A stretch of DNA of 64,000 bases, from NCBI GenBank assembly GCA_963815195.1, contig CAWFGE010000013.1, positions 160,001-224,000 of the forward strand, written 5' to 3'. Positions 21,641 to 32,543 of the stretch are shown here, one piece after another (the stretch's first letter is position 1; every line of letters starts with the position of its first letter). The translations under genes and the position numbers were made by a program. The notes below the pieces were generated by a model that saw only the letters and a list, made by a program, of their open reading frames with translations, made no database searches and was not told the DNA's origin. This DNA is from an uncultured Planctomycetaceae bacterium. GTDB lineage: Bacteria > Planctomycetota > Planctomycetia > Planctomycetales > Planctomycetaceae.

Positions 21641-22027
21641 TTACTGAGGTGCGGGGGTGAAACTGAGATCGAATTTTTCACCGCTTTTCACCTCGACGGA
21701 TTCGGGATTGAATTGCTTCTCGGCGGAGGCCACGCCCGACGCGCCTCCGCTTTCCCCATGACCGCCGCCCTCGGCGGGGATTCCATACAAATAGACCTTC
21801 GATGGTCCGGCGGTCGCCCGTCCCTCAAATGTGCCGTCATCGTTCACGCTAATCTGTTTGGCTCCTTCAATGTTCCCTTCACTTTCGAATCGCAAGAAGC
21901 AGTTTTTTGTGGAAAGGGCTTTTCCCTCGACTTTGACCGTGCCGCTCACAGGGACGCCTTCACCCCCTCCTCCGCAGCCGATTAAACTCAAAAGCACTAT
22001 CAAACAACTGATGCGAGTGAGATTCAT
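21641..22027 (-). CDS. DUF1559-associated small lipoprotein
   Basis: Lipobox LIGC; VPVSGTVKVEGK...DDGTF; GAGG RBS. Confidence 0.75.
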   Translation of the reverse strand: MNLTRISCLIVLLSLIGCGGGGEGVPVSGTVKVEGKALSTKNCFLRFESEGNIEGAKQISVNDDGTFEGRATAGPSKVYLYGIPAEGGGHGESGGASGVASAEKQFNPESVEVKSGEKFDLSFTPAPQ

Positions 22028-22226
22028 GCTTGCCTCCTCTAGAAAAACGAAAAACACACAAGATCACCTGTATCGCTGAATCGATACACACAAGGCAATT
22101 TTTATGTAAAGGTTGACATTCGTCACAATTCGTGGTCATATAATCCCCATAATTGACCTTTCACATCTCATCAAGTTCTTATTCAAAAATCAACCATCTC
22201 TTTTTTTTCTCTGGAAAGGGTACTTT

Positions 22227-23222
22227 ATGAGAAACGTACGTCGTAGGGCGTTCACGCTCATTGAGTTGTTGGTCGTTATTGCCATCATTGCCATCTTAAT
22301 TGCGTTGTTGTTGCCTGCGGTGCAGCAAGCCCGCGAGGCGGCCCGTCGATCCAGTTGCAAGAACAACATGAAGCAACTGGGAATCGCCTTGCACAATTAC
22401 CACGACACGTTTGGGATGCTCCCGCCGGGTGCCCTCTATTACCATCGCCTGACGTCAAGTTCCAACGGGGAAAACTGCGGCGAATATGGTCCCTCCTGGA
22501 AAGTGATGATTTTGCCCCAAATGGATCAGGCTCCGCTCTATAAGCAATTCAATTTCGAATCTCTCGATGAATAACGCCGCCAACAGTGCCGCCCGCGGCG
22601 TGTACCTTCCCGCATTGGGGTGTCCCAGCGATCCGGGGGCCACGCCGGGAAATAAATATGCCCGATGCGGGAACAATTGGGCCAAAAGTTCTTACGCCGC
22701 ATGCGGAGGCCGCTTGGTTGGTGGAAACAACTTAGCGGTCACCGCGTGGACTTCATTTGGGCCAGAACAACAAAGGGCGTGATGGGCAACGGCGGATCGG
22801 CAAAAATGCGGGACATCCTCGATGGTCCTTCCAATACGGTGATGGTCTGGGAAATCCTCGCCGATCCCTCAGCCGAATGATCCGCGGGGTGCATGGGCGA
22901 TGGGACGCGGCGCGGTGGCCATGACCGGTGGATGCCAGTACGAAGGCGATTGCCGGGGCATCAACAGCGTCGGCAGCGCCAATCCACCGGCGACGCCACC
23001 GATGACGTCAAAAACTGCGTCGGGGGCAGTTACGGAACGGTGGGCGTTTTGTCTTGCTGGAACGGTGGCGACGGACAGCACGGTCCCAAAAGCCGGCACG
23101 TCGGCGGCGTCCATGCCTTGCTCGCCGATGGGCATACCCGTTTCGTCAGCGAAAACATCAATGCTGGCATTCTGCAAAACATTTGCGGCATCAGCGAAGG
23201 CATTCCCCTCGGTAATTTCTAA
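22227..23222 (+). CDS. DUF1559 prepilin-type protein (4 frameshifts, ~22565, ~22775, ~22875, ~22995)
   Basis: [24 protein letters not shown] and [12 protein letters not shown] motifs lie in successive frames. Confidence 0.85.
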
Positions 23223-23299
23223 AGCGATCCGCCGCTCGCAAATCGACGTCCTGAAACCCTTCAAAACAAAGGCCGCACCGCTTGGCCCGGCCCTTCATC

Positions 23300-23344
23300 C
23301 AGCGAAGGCGCGGCGATAAATCGCCGCGCCTTCGCTGTTTTTTT
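23300..23344 (+). terminator. Intrinsic terminator
   Basis: CAGCGAAGGCGCGGCGA-TAAA-TCGCCGCGCCTTCGCTG followed by T7. Confidence 0.8.
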
Positions 23345-23364
23345 CGACTGCCGCGACCCAACTT

Positions 23365-24100
23365 TCAGTCCAGGCGTTCTTGCGGGCCGACGAATTCCGA
23401 CGTGAAGGTGTCCAGAATGATGACTTCCACGCGGTTGGGGTGATTGGCGGTTTGATCGGGCGTCGGTTCGCCGGGCTCGGCGTTGCCCACCGCGGTGATC
23501 CGCATCCGATGCTCCGCGATCCCCTCGCGGAGTAAAAACGCCCGCACGGCTCTGGCGCGTTCGTAGCTGAGCCGCATCAGCTCTTCGGAATTCCTGTTCC
23601 GCCTCGCCTTTCTGCCGCCAACCGGCGGGCGCGGCGTGACCGCGGATGGAAATCTTGTTCGGCTTGCCGGCGAGTTCCGCCGCGATCAACAGCAGGTTGT
23701 TTTCCTGCGACGGCAGGAAGGTCGCGGCTCCCGGTTCAAACAGGATGGGCTCGCCCGCCTGTTGAGGCGTCCCTTCGCGGGTCCGTTTCACGCGGAGCGA
23801 TTCGCCTGGCACCCCCGGCCGTTTGACCCCGCCCCGGCCGTCTTCCTCGTTGGTGTAGGAACCCAGCGTTTCCAACTTTTCCATCAAGCTGTTGGCCGGA
23901 AAGTTTTTGCCCGGCGGCGCGGGAGACCCGGCCGCGTACGCTCCATATTCCTGAAGGGCTTCGAGGATCGCCCGGTATTTTTTTTCCGCGACGACTTCGC
24001 TCAGCGAGACGAGCATGATGAAAAACGTGAGCAACAGCGACATCATGTCGCCGTAGGTCACGACCCATTCCGGCACGCCAGGGGGAGCATCATCATCCAT
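23365..24100 (-). CDS. motB: Flagellar motor stator protein MotB (frameshift ~23595)
   Basis: WVVTYGDMMSLLLTFFIML plug/TM; OmpA-like domain (ISIRGH...LSYERA...NRVEVII) split over two frames. Confidence 0.85.
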
Positions 24101-24247
24101 GCTGGGCTTCCGCGCATAAGGTTCCCGTCACACGCATTTCGCCATCGGCCGAATGCGGCTCCGCACTTCAGACACGTTCCGACAACCCGCACAACCGGAA
24201 AAAGCGGATGAGTTTGGTCGAGGGTCGCTGGAGCCAACGTCCCACGT

Positions 24248-24293
24248 AAAAAATGGCAAGCGCACGACCGATTTTGGTCGGATGCGCTTGCCA
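24248..24293 (-). terminator. Intrinsic terminator after the DUF1559 gene
   Basis: TGGCAAGCGCA...TGCGCTTGCCA stem with a T-run on the minus strand. Confidence 0.65.
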
Positions 24294-24325
24294 ACTGGCT
24301 TAAATCCAAGGGAAAGATCGACCGA

Positions 24326-25221
24326 TTAGAAGTTGGAGACGACCTCGCCGCCAGCGCGGGTGCTCAGACGGCGATAGGTGGTCATGTTGATGTTCTGCGA
24401 CAGGAACTGCACCCGGCCGTCGCCCAGGAGCACGTTGCAGCCGCCGGTGTGGAAACTGCCCGCAGCTTCCTGGGCTCCGCCGTTGATGGGGTCGTTGGTT
24501 TCGGTCCCGATCAGAGATTCCGACAGGTCGCTGGGCGGATTGCTATCGCCGTTTTGGCGGAAGTTATACCACCGGTCTCCGCCGGGCATATTGGAGGACA
24601 TCTTCGTCTGAACCTCCATGACGAGCATCGTGTTGCTGGGGCCGTCGGTGATGTCGGCCAATCGCACATGGCTGTTGAGAAAGAAGATCCCGTTGGCTTT
24701 GGTGCAACTCGGGACCTTTCCATTGCAGTTGTTGTAGACGTTGGTTCCGATGTTTCCGTTGTAATTGCTGGGCTGGTTTCCATTCATCCCGCCGTATTGC
24801 CGGTCTCCGCCGGGTTGGGACGGGCATTGGAAAATCGCGATCTGGGTCTTCGTGTGTGCCAGAAGCATTTCGGACGTGTTCCAAACTCCGTTGTCTGTAA
24901 TCATCCGGTTCTGGACTTTCTTGTACAAAGGCGCCTGGTCCATTTCCGGGAGGATTTTGGACTGCCAGGTCCAGCCAAAACCGTACATCGTGCTTCCCGA
25001 CAAATGCGCAACGTTTCCCATGGGAAAGGAGTTGCTGATGTCGTGATAATTGTGCAGGGCTAAGCCGATCTGCTTCATGTTGTTGCGGCACGAAGACCGC
25101 CGGGCGGCTTCTGCGCCTGCTGGACGGCGGGAAGCAAAAGGGCAATCAGAATGGCGATAATCGCAATCACCACCAACAATTCAATCAACGTAAATCCACG
25201 TTTCAAACGAACTCGCTGCAC
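24326..25221 (-). CDS. DUF1559 prepilin-type protein (frameshift ~25112)
   Basis: [14 protein letters not shown] in ORF 25075-25326; [23 protein letters not shown] and [12 protein letters not shown] in ORF 24326-25078. Confidence 0.88.
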
Positions 25222-25297
25222 CACGTTCTCCCTAATTGTATAAAAACGAAAAAAAACAAATCTCTGACCGAAGACGGCTTTCACTCCAAGGTCGAGT

Positions 25298-25798
25298 TCA
25301 TTCGCCCTCGTCCTCTTCTTCGTCATTTTGGATCTTGTCCAACGTGATCATGAATGAGTTATTCCCGTCTTCGACATCGACGAGGCTATTGCTTTCGGCG
25401 ACTTCCAATTCGAATTCGATGCCTTGGGGCTGTTTTTTTGCCGGAGTGGCGGCTTCCTCTTCGCCGTCCTTCACGACGACCTCGGCTTCCTCATCGGACT
25501 CTTCTTCGGGGGGCGAATAGACCACGCGGTGCTTGCCCAGGATGGCTCCATCGTCTTTTTCGTACGTCGTGAGCACGAACGTGCCGTCGCTTTGGATGGT
25601 GCCGATGGCGGCTTTGCCTTCGCGGGGGGAGCCATCGTCTTTCACCGGAATGAAGGTGATGGTGCCTTGGGTGATCGGTTTGATGTCGTAGGCGACTTTG
25701 CCGCTGGTCGGGGCCGTCGCATAGTACTTGGCTCCGCAACCGAACAGAAACACGAGGCAAAGCGGACAGAGACAGCGCAGTTTGAACGATCGGATCAT
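25298..25798 (-). CDS. DUF1559-associated lipoprotein with acidic tail
   Basis: Lipobox LFGC; clearly paralogous to 1958-2398 (TAP.SGKV...DGTF.L.TY..DDGA.LGKH.V.Y.PP). Confidence 0.8.
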   Translation of the reverse strand: MIRSFKLRCLCPLCLVFLFGCGAKYYATAPTSGKVAYDIKPITQGTITFIPVKDDGSPREGKAAIGTIQSDGTFVLTTYEKDDGAILGKHRVVYSPPEEESDEEAEVVVKDGEEEAATPAKKQPQGIEFELEVAESNSLVDVEDGNNSFMITLDKIQNDEEEDEGE

Positions 25799-26263
25799 GG
25801 CTTGGAGAATGAAATTGGTCTTGAGAAACGAGAATGAAAAGAAAAACAACGGGCGGAAATGAGAAATGCCCCGAGCTTCCCTACCCTAGCGGATGCTGGT
25901 GCCGGTTTGCAACCTTGCGCACAAACCGAAAGGAAGCGTCTCGCTTCGCGGGTTCGGCCAGGTCGCCGGCGGATCTTCGGGGAAATGCCTGAATTTTGGG
26001 GGGAATCCGTCGCAACCCGCCGGCCGCTTCATTCGACCAAATTATTTCTTTGTTCCCATGTGAAATAGCGGAGATTTAACTCGAACTTCATCTGAGATCG
26101 AAGACTTGAGAGATTTCCGTGGTCCGTCCCAGCCGAAAGCGGCCCCGGGCGTCCCGGGAAATTTCCTGAAGGCCGGTGATGGTATTCTGTTGAATCGTGG
26201 GGTAATCTAAAAATCTTACCAATCCCTTGCCGGACGTTTCCGGTTTTGTGCGGGAGAGCTTCG

Positions 26264-28150
26264 ATGGGGCAGGACATTCCCGAACAGATTGCCCACTACA
26301 AAATCAAAGAGTTGTTGGGGGAAGGCGGTTTTGGCGTCGTCTACCGGGCCTGGGATACGCAACTGGAAACCCACGTCGCCCTCAAGATGCCGAAGCTGGG
26401 CGGGGTGGAGAAGGAATACGCCGGCCGGATTATCTCCCGCTTTCTCCGCGAAGCCCGCGCGGCGGCCCGTTTGCCTCCGCACACGAATCTCTGCCCCGTC
26501 CGCGAAGTCGGCAAATTTGAAGACCAGCACTATGTGGTCATGGCGTATATTCTCGGGGCGCCGCTATCGCGGGCCATCCGGCCGATGGAAGTCGAGCACG
26601 CGGTGCGGCTCGTGCGGAAGATCGCCCGGGCGATGCAGGTGGCCCACGATCACGGCGTGGTGCACCGCGACCTCAAGCCGTCCAACATCATGCTGGTGGA
26701 CCGCCACGAGCCGGTCGTGATGGACTTCGGGCTCGCTTTGCGGATGGACGTGGACGAGGCCGACAAAACCACGGCCGGCCGGGTGCTGGGAACGCCGGCG
26801 TATATGTCGCTCGAGCAAATCGAAGGCCGGGCGGATCGCATCGGCCCGCCCAGCGACGTCTACAGCCTGGGCGTGATCTTTTATGAACTGCTCACGGGGC
26901 GCGTGCCCTATCGCGGCGACCTGGTGCAGATGGTGGGCAAGATCATCAAGGGGGAGCCGTTTGGGAATCCCTCGCATTGGAACCAGGCGGTGACGCCGGA
27001 CCTGGAAGCGGTGTGTTTGAAAGCCATGGCGCGGGATCGTGACGAGCGGTATCGCACGATGATGGAGTTCGCGTTGGCGCTGACGGATTGCCTCGCGGCA
27101 TTGCAGAAAGTCCCGGAGACGGTGGAAGTCCCGCCGCTGCCGTCGGAGTCGCCGGATTTCACGCTGCGGGAAGAGCCGGTCACGCCGCGGATGGGTTCGG
27201 ACGATGAGACATTGGGTTCGCCCGCTCCGATATTGGCCCCATTCGATCGCGAGGCGGCGTGGCTGGCCCAGGAGGAATGGTCCGGTTACCTGGACCGGCC
27301 GATTCAGCAAACGAACGCGATCAAGATGGAATTGACGCTGATTCCGCCGGGCGAGTTCGTCATGGGGTCGCCGGAAACCGAACTGGAACGGATCTCGGAT
27401 GAGTTTCAGCACGTGGTGCGGATCACCCAGCCGTTTTATCTGGGGACCTACCCGGTGACGCAGGCGGAGTTCTCGCGGGTGATGAATTGCAATCCCAGCC
27501 AGTTCAACGATGAGGAGCTCGGCCACGACACCAGCCGGTTCCCCGTGGAAATGGTGAGTTGGTACGATGCGCTGGAGTTCTGCAACAAACTCTCGGCCCG
27601 CGACGGCCGGCCGCCCTATTATTCGCTGACGCTCGTGAAACTGGACGAACGGGGCTTTATCAAATGGGCGAGCCTGGAGGTTTTGGGCGGCGTGGGGTAT
27701 CGGCTGCCGAGCGAAGCCGAATGGGAATACGCCTGCCGCGCGGGCACGGAGACGGCGAACGCCTTCGGCGACAGCCTGTCTTCGATGCAGGCGAATTTCA
27801 ACGGCAATTCGCCTTACGGTCCCGCTGTCCGGGGGCCGTTTTTGGGACGCACGAGTGCCGTGGGCTGTTATCCCGCGAACGGGTTCGGCGTTTACGACAT
27901 GCACGGCAATGTGTGGGAGTGGTGTTGGGACGGCAGCGATGAGGACTACTACCGGAACTCCCCCACGGAGAATCCCACCGGCCCGTCGACCGCCGTCAAT
28001 CGCGTGATCCGCGGCGGTTCTTGGCGCGACCGGGGGGCGGGCATGCCCGGCGGGAGCGGTTTTTGCCGCTCGGCCGCCCGGCACGACTGCTCGCCGGTGG
28101 TGCGGCTTGCGGTGCTTGGGTTCCGCGTCGCCGTCACGCCGCTCCGATAA
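26264..28150 (+). CDS. Ser/Thr protein kinase fused to an FGE-sulfatase (SUMF1) domain
   Basis: GEGGFG, VALK, HRDLKPSN, DFG, GTPAYM; F.MGS, RLPSEAEWEYACRAG, DMHGNVWEW, RGGSW, GFRVA. Confidence 0.95.
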   Translation: MGQDIPEQIAHYKIKELLGEGGFGVVYRAWDTQLETHVALKMPKLGGVEKEYAGRIISRFLREARAAARLPPHTNLCPVREVGKFEDQHYVVMAYILGAPLSRAIRPMEVEHAVRLVRKIARAMQVAHDHGVVHRDLKPSNIMLVDRHEPVVMDFGLALRMDVDEADKTTAGRVLGTPAYMSLEQIEGRADRIGPPSDVYSLGVIFYELLTGRVPYRGDLVQMVGKIIKGEPFGNPSHWNQAVTPDLEAVCLKAMARDRDERYRTMMEFALALTDCLAALQKVPETVEVPPLPSESPDFTLREEPVTPRMGSDDETLGSPAPILAPFDREAAWLAQEEWSGYLDRPIQQTNAIKMELTLIPPGEFVMGSPETELERISDEFQHVVRITQPFYLGTYPVTQAEFSRVMNCNPSQFNDEELGHDTSRFPVEMVSWYDALEFCNKLSARDGRPPYYSLTLVKLDERGFIKWASLEVLGGVGYRLPSEAEWEYACRAGTETANAFGDSLSSMQANFNGNSPYGPAVRGPFLGRTSAVGCYPANGFGVYDMHGNVWEWCWDGSDEDYYRNSPTENPTGPSTAVNRVIRGGSWRDRGAGMPGGSGFCRSAARHDCSPVVRLAVLGFRVAVTPLR

Positions 28151-28355
28151 TTCGCGCGTCCGGCGGAACCGCTCCGACCCGCGTTTTCCCTCAAATCGGC
28201 CTCAAATTGTCAGGCCGTTTTGCCCAAAGCCGCGCGGAAATCCCTTACGTTTGTCGATGATTCGTCGTCACGGCGGGAATCGGTGAGGTAGAGTTCCAAA
28301 GCCACCGTTGCGTGAACGCTTCATTTCCCCCCCTTCCGATTTTTAGGAGGCAAGC

Positions 28356-30540
28356 GTGTCTCCCACCACCACGAGCCGATCCTATTCCGACGATTCCCTT
28401 TCCAAGGATTCGTTTTTGGATTTGTTGTCGTCCGCCCCCTCCTCGGGACCCGGCGCCCCGCTGTTGGGGACGCATCCCGCGGACTCGCCGCGAATTCTGT
28501 TGGGATTGATGGCGTTGGCCCGGCGGGCGGAAGAACATAAAGAGGATCGCCACGCCGATTCCCTCCACGGGGCGATTTCGCGGCCGATCTTGCGAAGTTT
28601 GCTCACGGCCCTGCATCACCGCGACGAAAGCATCACCATGCACTGCCGGCGCGTGGCTTTGTTGTGCGCGGGCATCGGCAAATATCTCGGCTGGAGCGAA
28701 CGGGAACTGAAGATGCTGGAAGTGGCGGCGCTTTTGCACGATGTGGGAAAGATCGGGGTGCCGGATCATGTCCTGCTCAAGCCGGGCAAACTCAGCCCCG
28801 ACGAAGCGGAACTGATGGCGCTCCATCAAAACATCGGCGTCGACGTGCTCCAGGCCTGCCGGGTGCACAAGGAGGTCTTGGACATCGTGGTGCAATCGCA
28901 TCTTTATTTCAACGGGGTCAACGACTACGGCCGGAGTCTCGGCGGCGAGATGCACCAGGGGGCGCGGATTCTCGCGGTCGCGGACGCCTACGAGTCCCTG
29001 ACCTCGCCTCAAGTTTACCGGGAACGAAAGACGCACGAAGAGACCCTCAAGATTTTGATGGCCGCGGCTGGGGCGCAGTTCGACGGCAATGTCGTGCTCT
29101 CGCTGTCGCGGTGGATCGATGCGGAAGGCGTGCCGTTCGAGATTGGATCGGAGGCTCCCGAACGCCATCCCGCATGGAATCGCGTCCTCACACCGGACGA
29201 GGTGCACGAAGCGAACACGCTTTGCCAGATTTTTTCTTACTTGTATCTCTTGGAAAACCTGTACGACGGTTTTTACGTGGTCGATGCGAACCGCCGGTAT
29301 GTGATTTGGAACTGCGGAGCCGAGCGGCTGCTGGGGCATTCGCCGCGCGCGATGACCGACAGCACCTGGTCCGGGCGGATGCTCAAGCAGGCGGACTCGA
29401 GTGGAGTGGTCTTGGCGGACCGCAATTGCGCTCAACATTGTGATGGAATCCCGCCAGGCGACGACGAACATCATGAAATGGCAGCACGCCGACGGGCATT
29501 GGGTCGATGCGGAGACGCAAACGATCCCGCTCATCGGCTACGACGGCGGCCTGGTCGGGGTGGCGGAGATTTTCAGCGGTCTGTCCCGCGCGACCCGCCG
29601 GCCTTCAGAGCACAAGACGGCGGCGAACCGCGACTCGCGCACCGCGATCGCGGACCGCGGGGAATTGGAGACCCAGTTGACGTGGCTGGTCAACGAGTTC
29701 GGCGAAAACAAAAAGTCGGCCCCCTTCTCGGTGATCATTGCCGACATCGACTATTTCCAATCGATCAACGAAGATTTCGGACACGAGGCAGGCGATCGCG
29801 TGCTGATCGAGATCGCCAAGTTGATCCGGAGCAAAACCGCTTCGGGGGATCTCGTCGGCCAATACGGAGGCGAAGAGTTCGTCGTCATCTGTCCCAGCAC
29901 GAACTTGGACCAGGCCTGCTCGCGAGCCGAGCGGCTCCGTAAGATCATGAGCCGAACGCCCTGGGGCGATCTGAACGGCGAATCGATCACGGCCTCCTTC
30001 GGGGTCGCCCAAATGGAGCCGGACGATTCGATGTCCAGTTTGCTCCGCCGCGCCGATCGGGCGCTGTACATCTCCAAGGAAACCGGCCGGAATCGCACGA
30101 TCAGCCTGACGAACGAGGAATTCATCAACGGCATCGACCCGGCGCCCCGCACCGACGATGAGGACATGCAGGAGGAGCCGTTCGTGTTCCGCACGACGTT
30201 TCACGCCTGCGTCGCCGAGGAGATCCTCGTCTACAAGCTGGGCGGATTCATGGCGGATCAAAACGCCAAGTTGGTCGATGCCAACTTCAAAGAGGCGATC
30301 TTCTCCATCGGCAGCGGCGGGCTGTTGGGCGGTTGGGGAAGCACCGCGGATCGGCAGCCGATTTCGCTGCACGTGCAGTTCTGCAAAAAACCGCGCGGGA
30401 CAAAATCGAAATCCGGCCCGAGCCAGGTTCCCGTGGACGTCACCATCCGCCCCCGCGGGCGGGTCCGCGACAGGGAAATGTTCCAGACCCGGGCCAAGCG
30501 GGTCGTCCGAGCCCTGCGGGCCTACTTTGCGGCGAATTGA
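28356..30540 (+). CDS. HD-GYP + PAS + GGDEF signalling protein (frameshift ~29425)
   Basis: LHDVGKIGVPD..L.KPGKL, ARILAVADAY; PAS (WNCGAERLLG); ADIDYFQSINEDFGHEAGD and YGGEEF. Confidence 0.88.
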
Positions 30541-30701
30541 TCTGACCAGTTTTTCAGCAGGCTTCGCCCGGCCCGTTGGCAGGCAGGACGAGTTCGCCGC
30601 GTCAAATGCCGGCGATTTCCGCCGTCTGTGGAAACCGTTCTGCAAGAGTTTCCCATTCCTCTGCGTTGGCCCGATCGCCCGGGGGTCGTTCGCAAGCCTA
30701 T

Positions 30702-30717
30702 TGGCACAAAGATTGCA
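30702..30717 (+). promoter_or_regulatory. Sigma-54 (-24/-12) promoter
   Basis: TGGCA-CAAAGA-TTGCA, about 50 nt upstream of the PII-like ATG. Confidence 0.75.
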
Positions 30718-30765
30718 GCCAGTCGGCCTGCCAATCTTTCCTCCCTCCCCCAAAGCGGCCCCCCC

Positions 30766-31086
30766 ATGAAGCGCATCGAAGCCCTCATCCCCCACGATTT
30801 GATCCAGGATGTGGAACAATCCTTATCCTCTTTAGGCGTCCGGGGATTGACGCTCACCAGCGTTTACAGCCAGTCCCTGTTGCCCGTGTCGTCCCGGTTT
30901 GCGGGCGGCTTTGGAAATCCGTGCTGCAAATTGGACGTGCTGGTTTCAGACGGGGACTTGCCCAAAGTGCACGCGGCCATCCGCCGCATCGCCGGGCTGC
31001 AACCGCGGGTCCAGATTTTCGTCATCGACTTGGAGACGACCATTCGCATCCGCACGGGCGAATGCGAAGAAGCCGCGCTGAGCTAA
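30766..31086 (+). CDS. Degenerate P-II family protein
   Basis: MKRIEALI, GVRGLT and IRIRTGE match PII; T-loop and B-loop motifs are absent. Confidence 0.8.
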   Translation: MKRIEALIPHDLIQDVEQSLSSLGVRGLTLTSVYSQSLLPVSSRFAGGFGNPCCKLDVLVSDGDLPKVHAAIRRIAGLQPRVQIFVIDLETTIRIRTGECEEAALS

Positions 31087-31445
31087 AGTCAGCCTGCGGA
31101 TATTTTCACGTTCCAAGTTCTGAGTTTTCCGAACGCGCGGAATTTTCCGGTTTGGCTGGATTTGCGGATCGGTGCCGGCCGATTTCTGCTGCGGGAGTTT
31201 GGGAACCGACCGGCTTGTCTTCCAAGGCGCATCGGCCGTTTCCAGCCCCGGAACAACTCTCACCAGCCTGGCGTTTTGCGGCCCGAGGCTTTTGTCCCGC
31301 GGAGCGGTCGTTGGGGATTTTATTTTGCCAATTCCGTAATCCACTTGACTTTATGTCGAGTTAGGTATTACAGTTAAGTCACGAATTGTGGCTCAGCGGA
31401 TGAGCAAGAATTGCCCCATGGCACCTCTCGCAGGAGACTCGAGTT

Positions 31446-31910
31446 GTGACCAAGAAAGAAATCGTCAAAGCCATTTCCGAGGAAATGGACTTAACCCAAC
31501 TGAAGACCAAAGAGATCGTCCAAAAGACCTTCGACGCGATCATCGATACGTTGGTCCGCGAAGAACGAATCGAACTCAGAAACTTTGGCGTGTTCGAGGT
31601 CAAAAAGCGGGCCGCCCGCAAAGCGCGAAACCCGCGGACCGGCGAACGCGTGGAAGTGGCGGCCAAATACGTCGTCACCTTCAAGCCCGGCAAGGAAATG
31701 GAGGAACGGGTTCGCGAACTCGAGGAGCGGGATGCCCGCGAAGCGGCCCTCAAAGCCCAGCACGCGGAACACCGGGACGGGCAAATGCCCCAACCGCCCA
31801 GTCAACCCACTCCACCGGCGCCGGCCCATGCCCCGGAAAGGGCGGAAGCCGAGCCGGCCGAAGAGTCCTCGGTTTCCAGTTCACATCCTTCCACGCAATA
31901 CTCGTCTTGA
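31446..31910 (+). CDS. HU/IHF family DNA-binding protein with Pro/Glu-rich C-terminal extension
   Basis: [36 protein letters not shown]. Confidence 0.93.
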   Translation: MTKKEIVKAISEEMDLTQLKTKEIVQKTFDAIIDTLVREERIELRNFGVFEVKKRAARKARNPRTGERVEVAAKYVVTFKPGKEMEERVRELEERDAREAALKAQHAEHRDGQMPQPPSQPTPPAPAHAPERAEAEPAEESSVSSSHPSTQYSS

Positions 31911-32008
31911 TCGACCGCTCCCCTCCGTTGGCATCCGCCGGGAACCGTCGGTCAGCGACCTGTTGACAGGAAGGCCCGGCTCGGATGCGGAATGGGTTTC
32001 CGCCATCA

Positions 32009-32023
32009 TTGTGAAATTCACAA
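32009..32023. promoter_or_regulatory. Palindromic candidate operator
   Basis: TTGTGAA-A-TTCACAA in the intergenic region upstream of the small lipoprotein gene. Confidence 0.35.
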
Positions 32024-32160
32024 ATCGGATTAACCGCCCGAACCCGCAAGGTCGATAATACTTTCGGAGTCGGCCACTCGAATCCGACCGATGGGAATTC
32101 AAATGCGAAACATTTCAGGAGAGGATCTCCTGACCGATCGCAGACTCATGGAGGAGCAAA

Positions 32161-32379
32161 ATGCGGAAACTCATCTGTGCCGGACTCTTGTTCGCGGCGG
32201 CGGCCGTTCAGGTCGGTTGTGCCGTTCCCATGTACGACTCATCCCCCGATGTGCGTGCTCGCGAACTGATCTACGCCTCCGAATCGATGCGGCACATCCC
32301 CCTTATCTGGCAGCGGTTGTGGTTCTTGAGCATGCCCGATGTCGCCACGCCTTACCGGACCCACGGCGGGGTCATCTAA
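32161..32379 (+). CDS. Small lipoprotein, hypothetical
   Basis: GGAGGAG RBS; signal peptide with lipobox QVGC; ends PYRTHGGVI. Confidence 0.75.
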   Translation: MRKLICAGLLFAAAAVQVGCAVPMYDSSPDVRARELIYASESMRHIPLIWQRLWFLSMPDVATPYRTHGGVI

Positions 32380-32543
32380 TGTTTTGTGCATTTCCGCCGA
32401 CGCAATTCGTCCCGCTCCGGCAAGTTGCGTGACGGGAGGGGCGACGCTAGGATGAGGCCGTTCGTGCCGGGGCCGTCGCGGTTCTCGAAAAGCCCGCACG
32501 ATTTGCGATCCTCCCCGCGATTTCTTAAGACGTATCCTGCTCC

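Noticed and set aside
24140..24172. Sigma-28 promoter for motB
   Set aside because: GCCGATGG is present, but the -35 match and spacing are poor
27990..28200. FGE/CLec C-terminus as a diversity-generating retroelement target
   Set aside because: No reverse transcriptase or template repeat in the window, and the would-be variable codons often end in G (GTG, GCG), unlike AAY-derived positions
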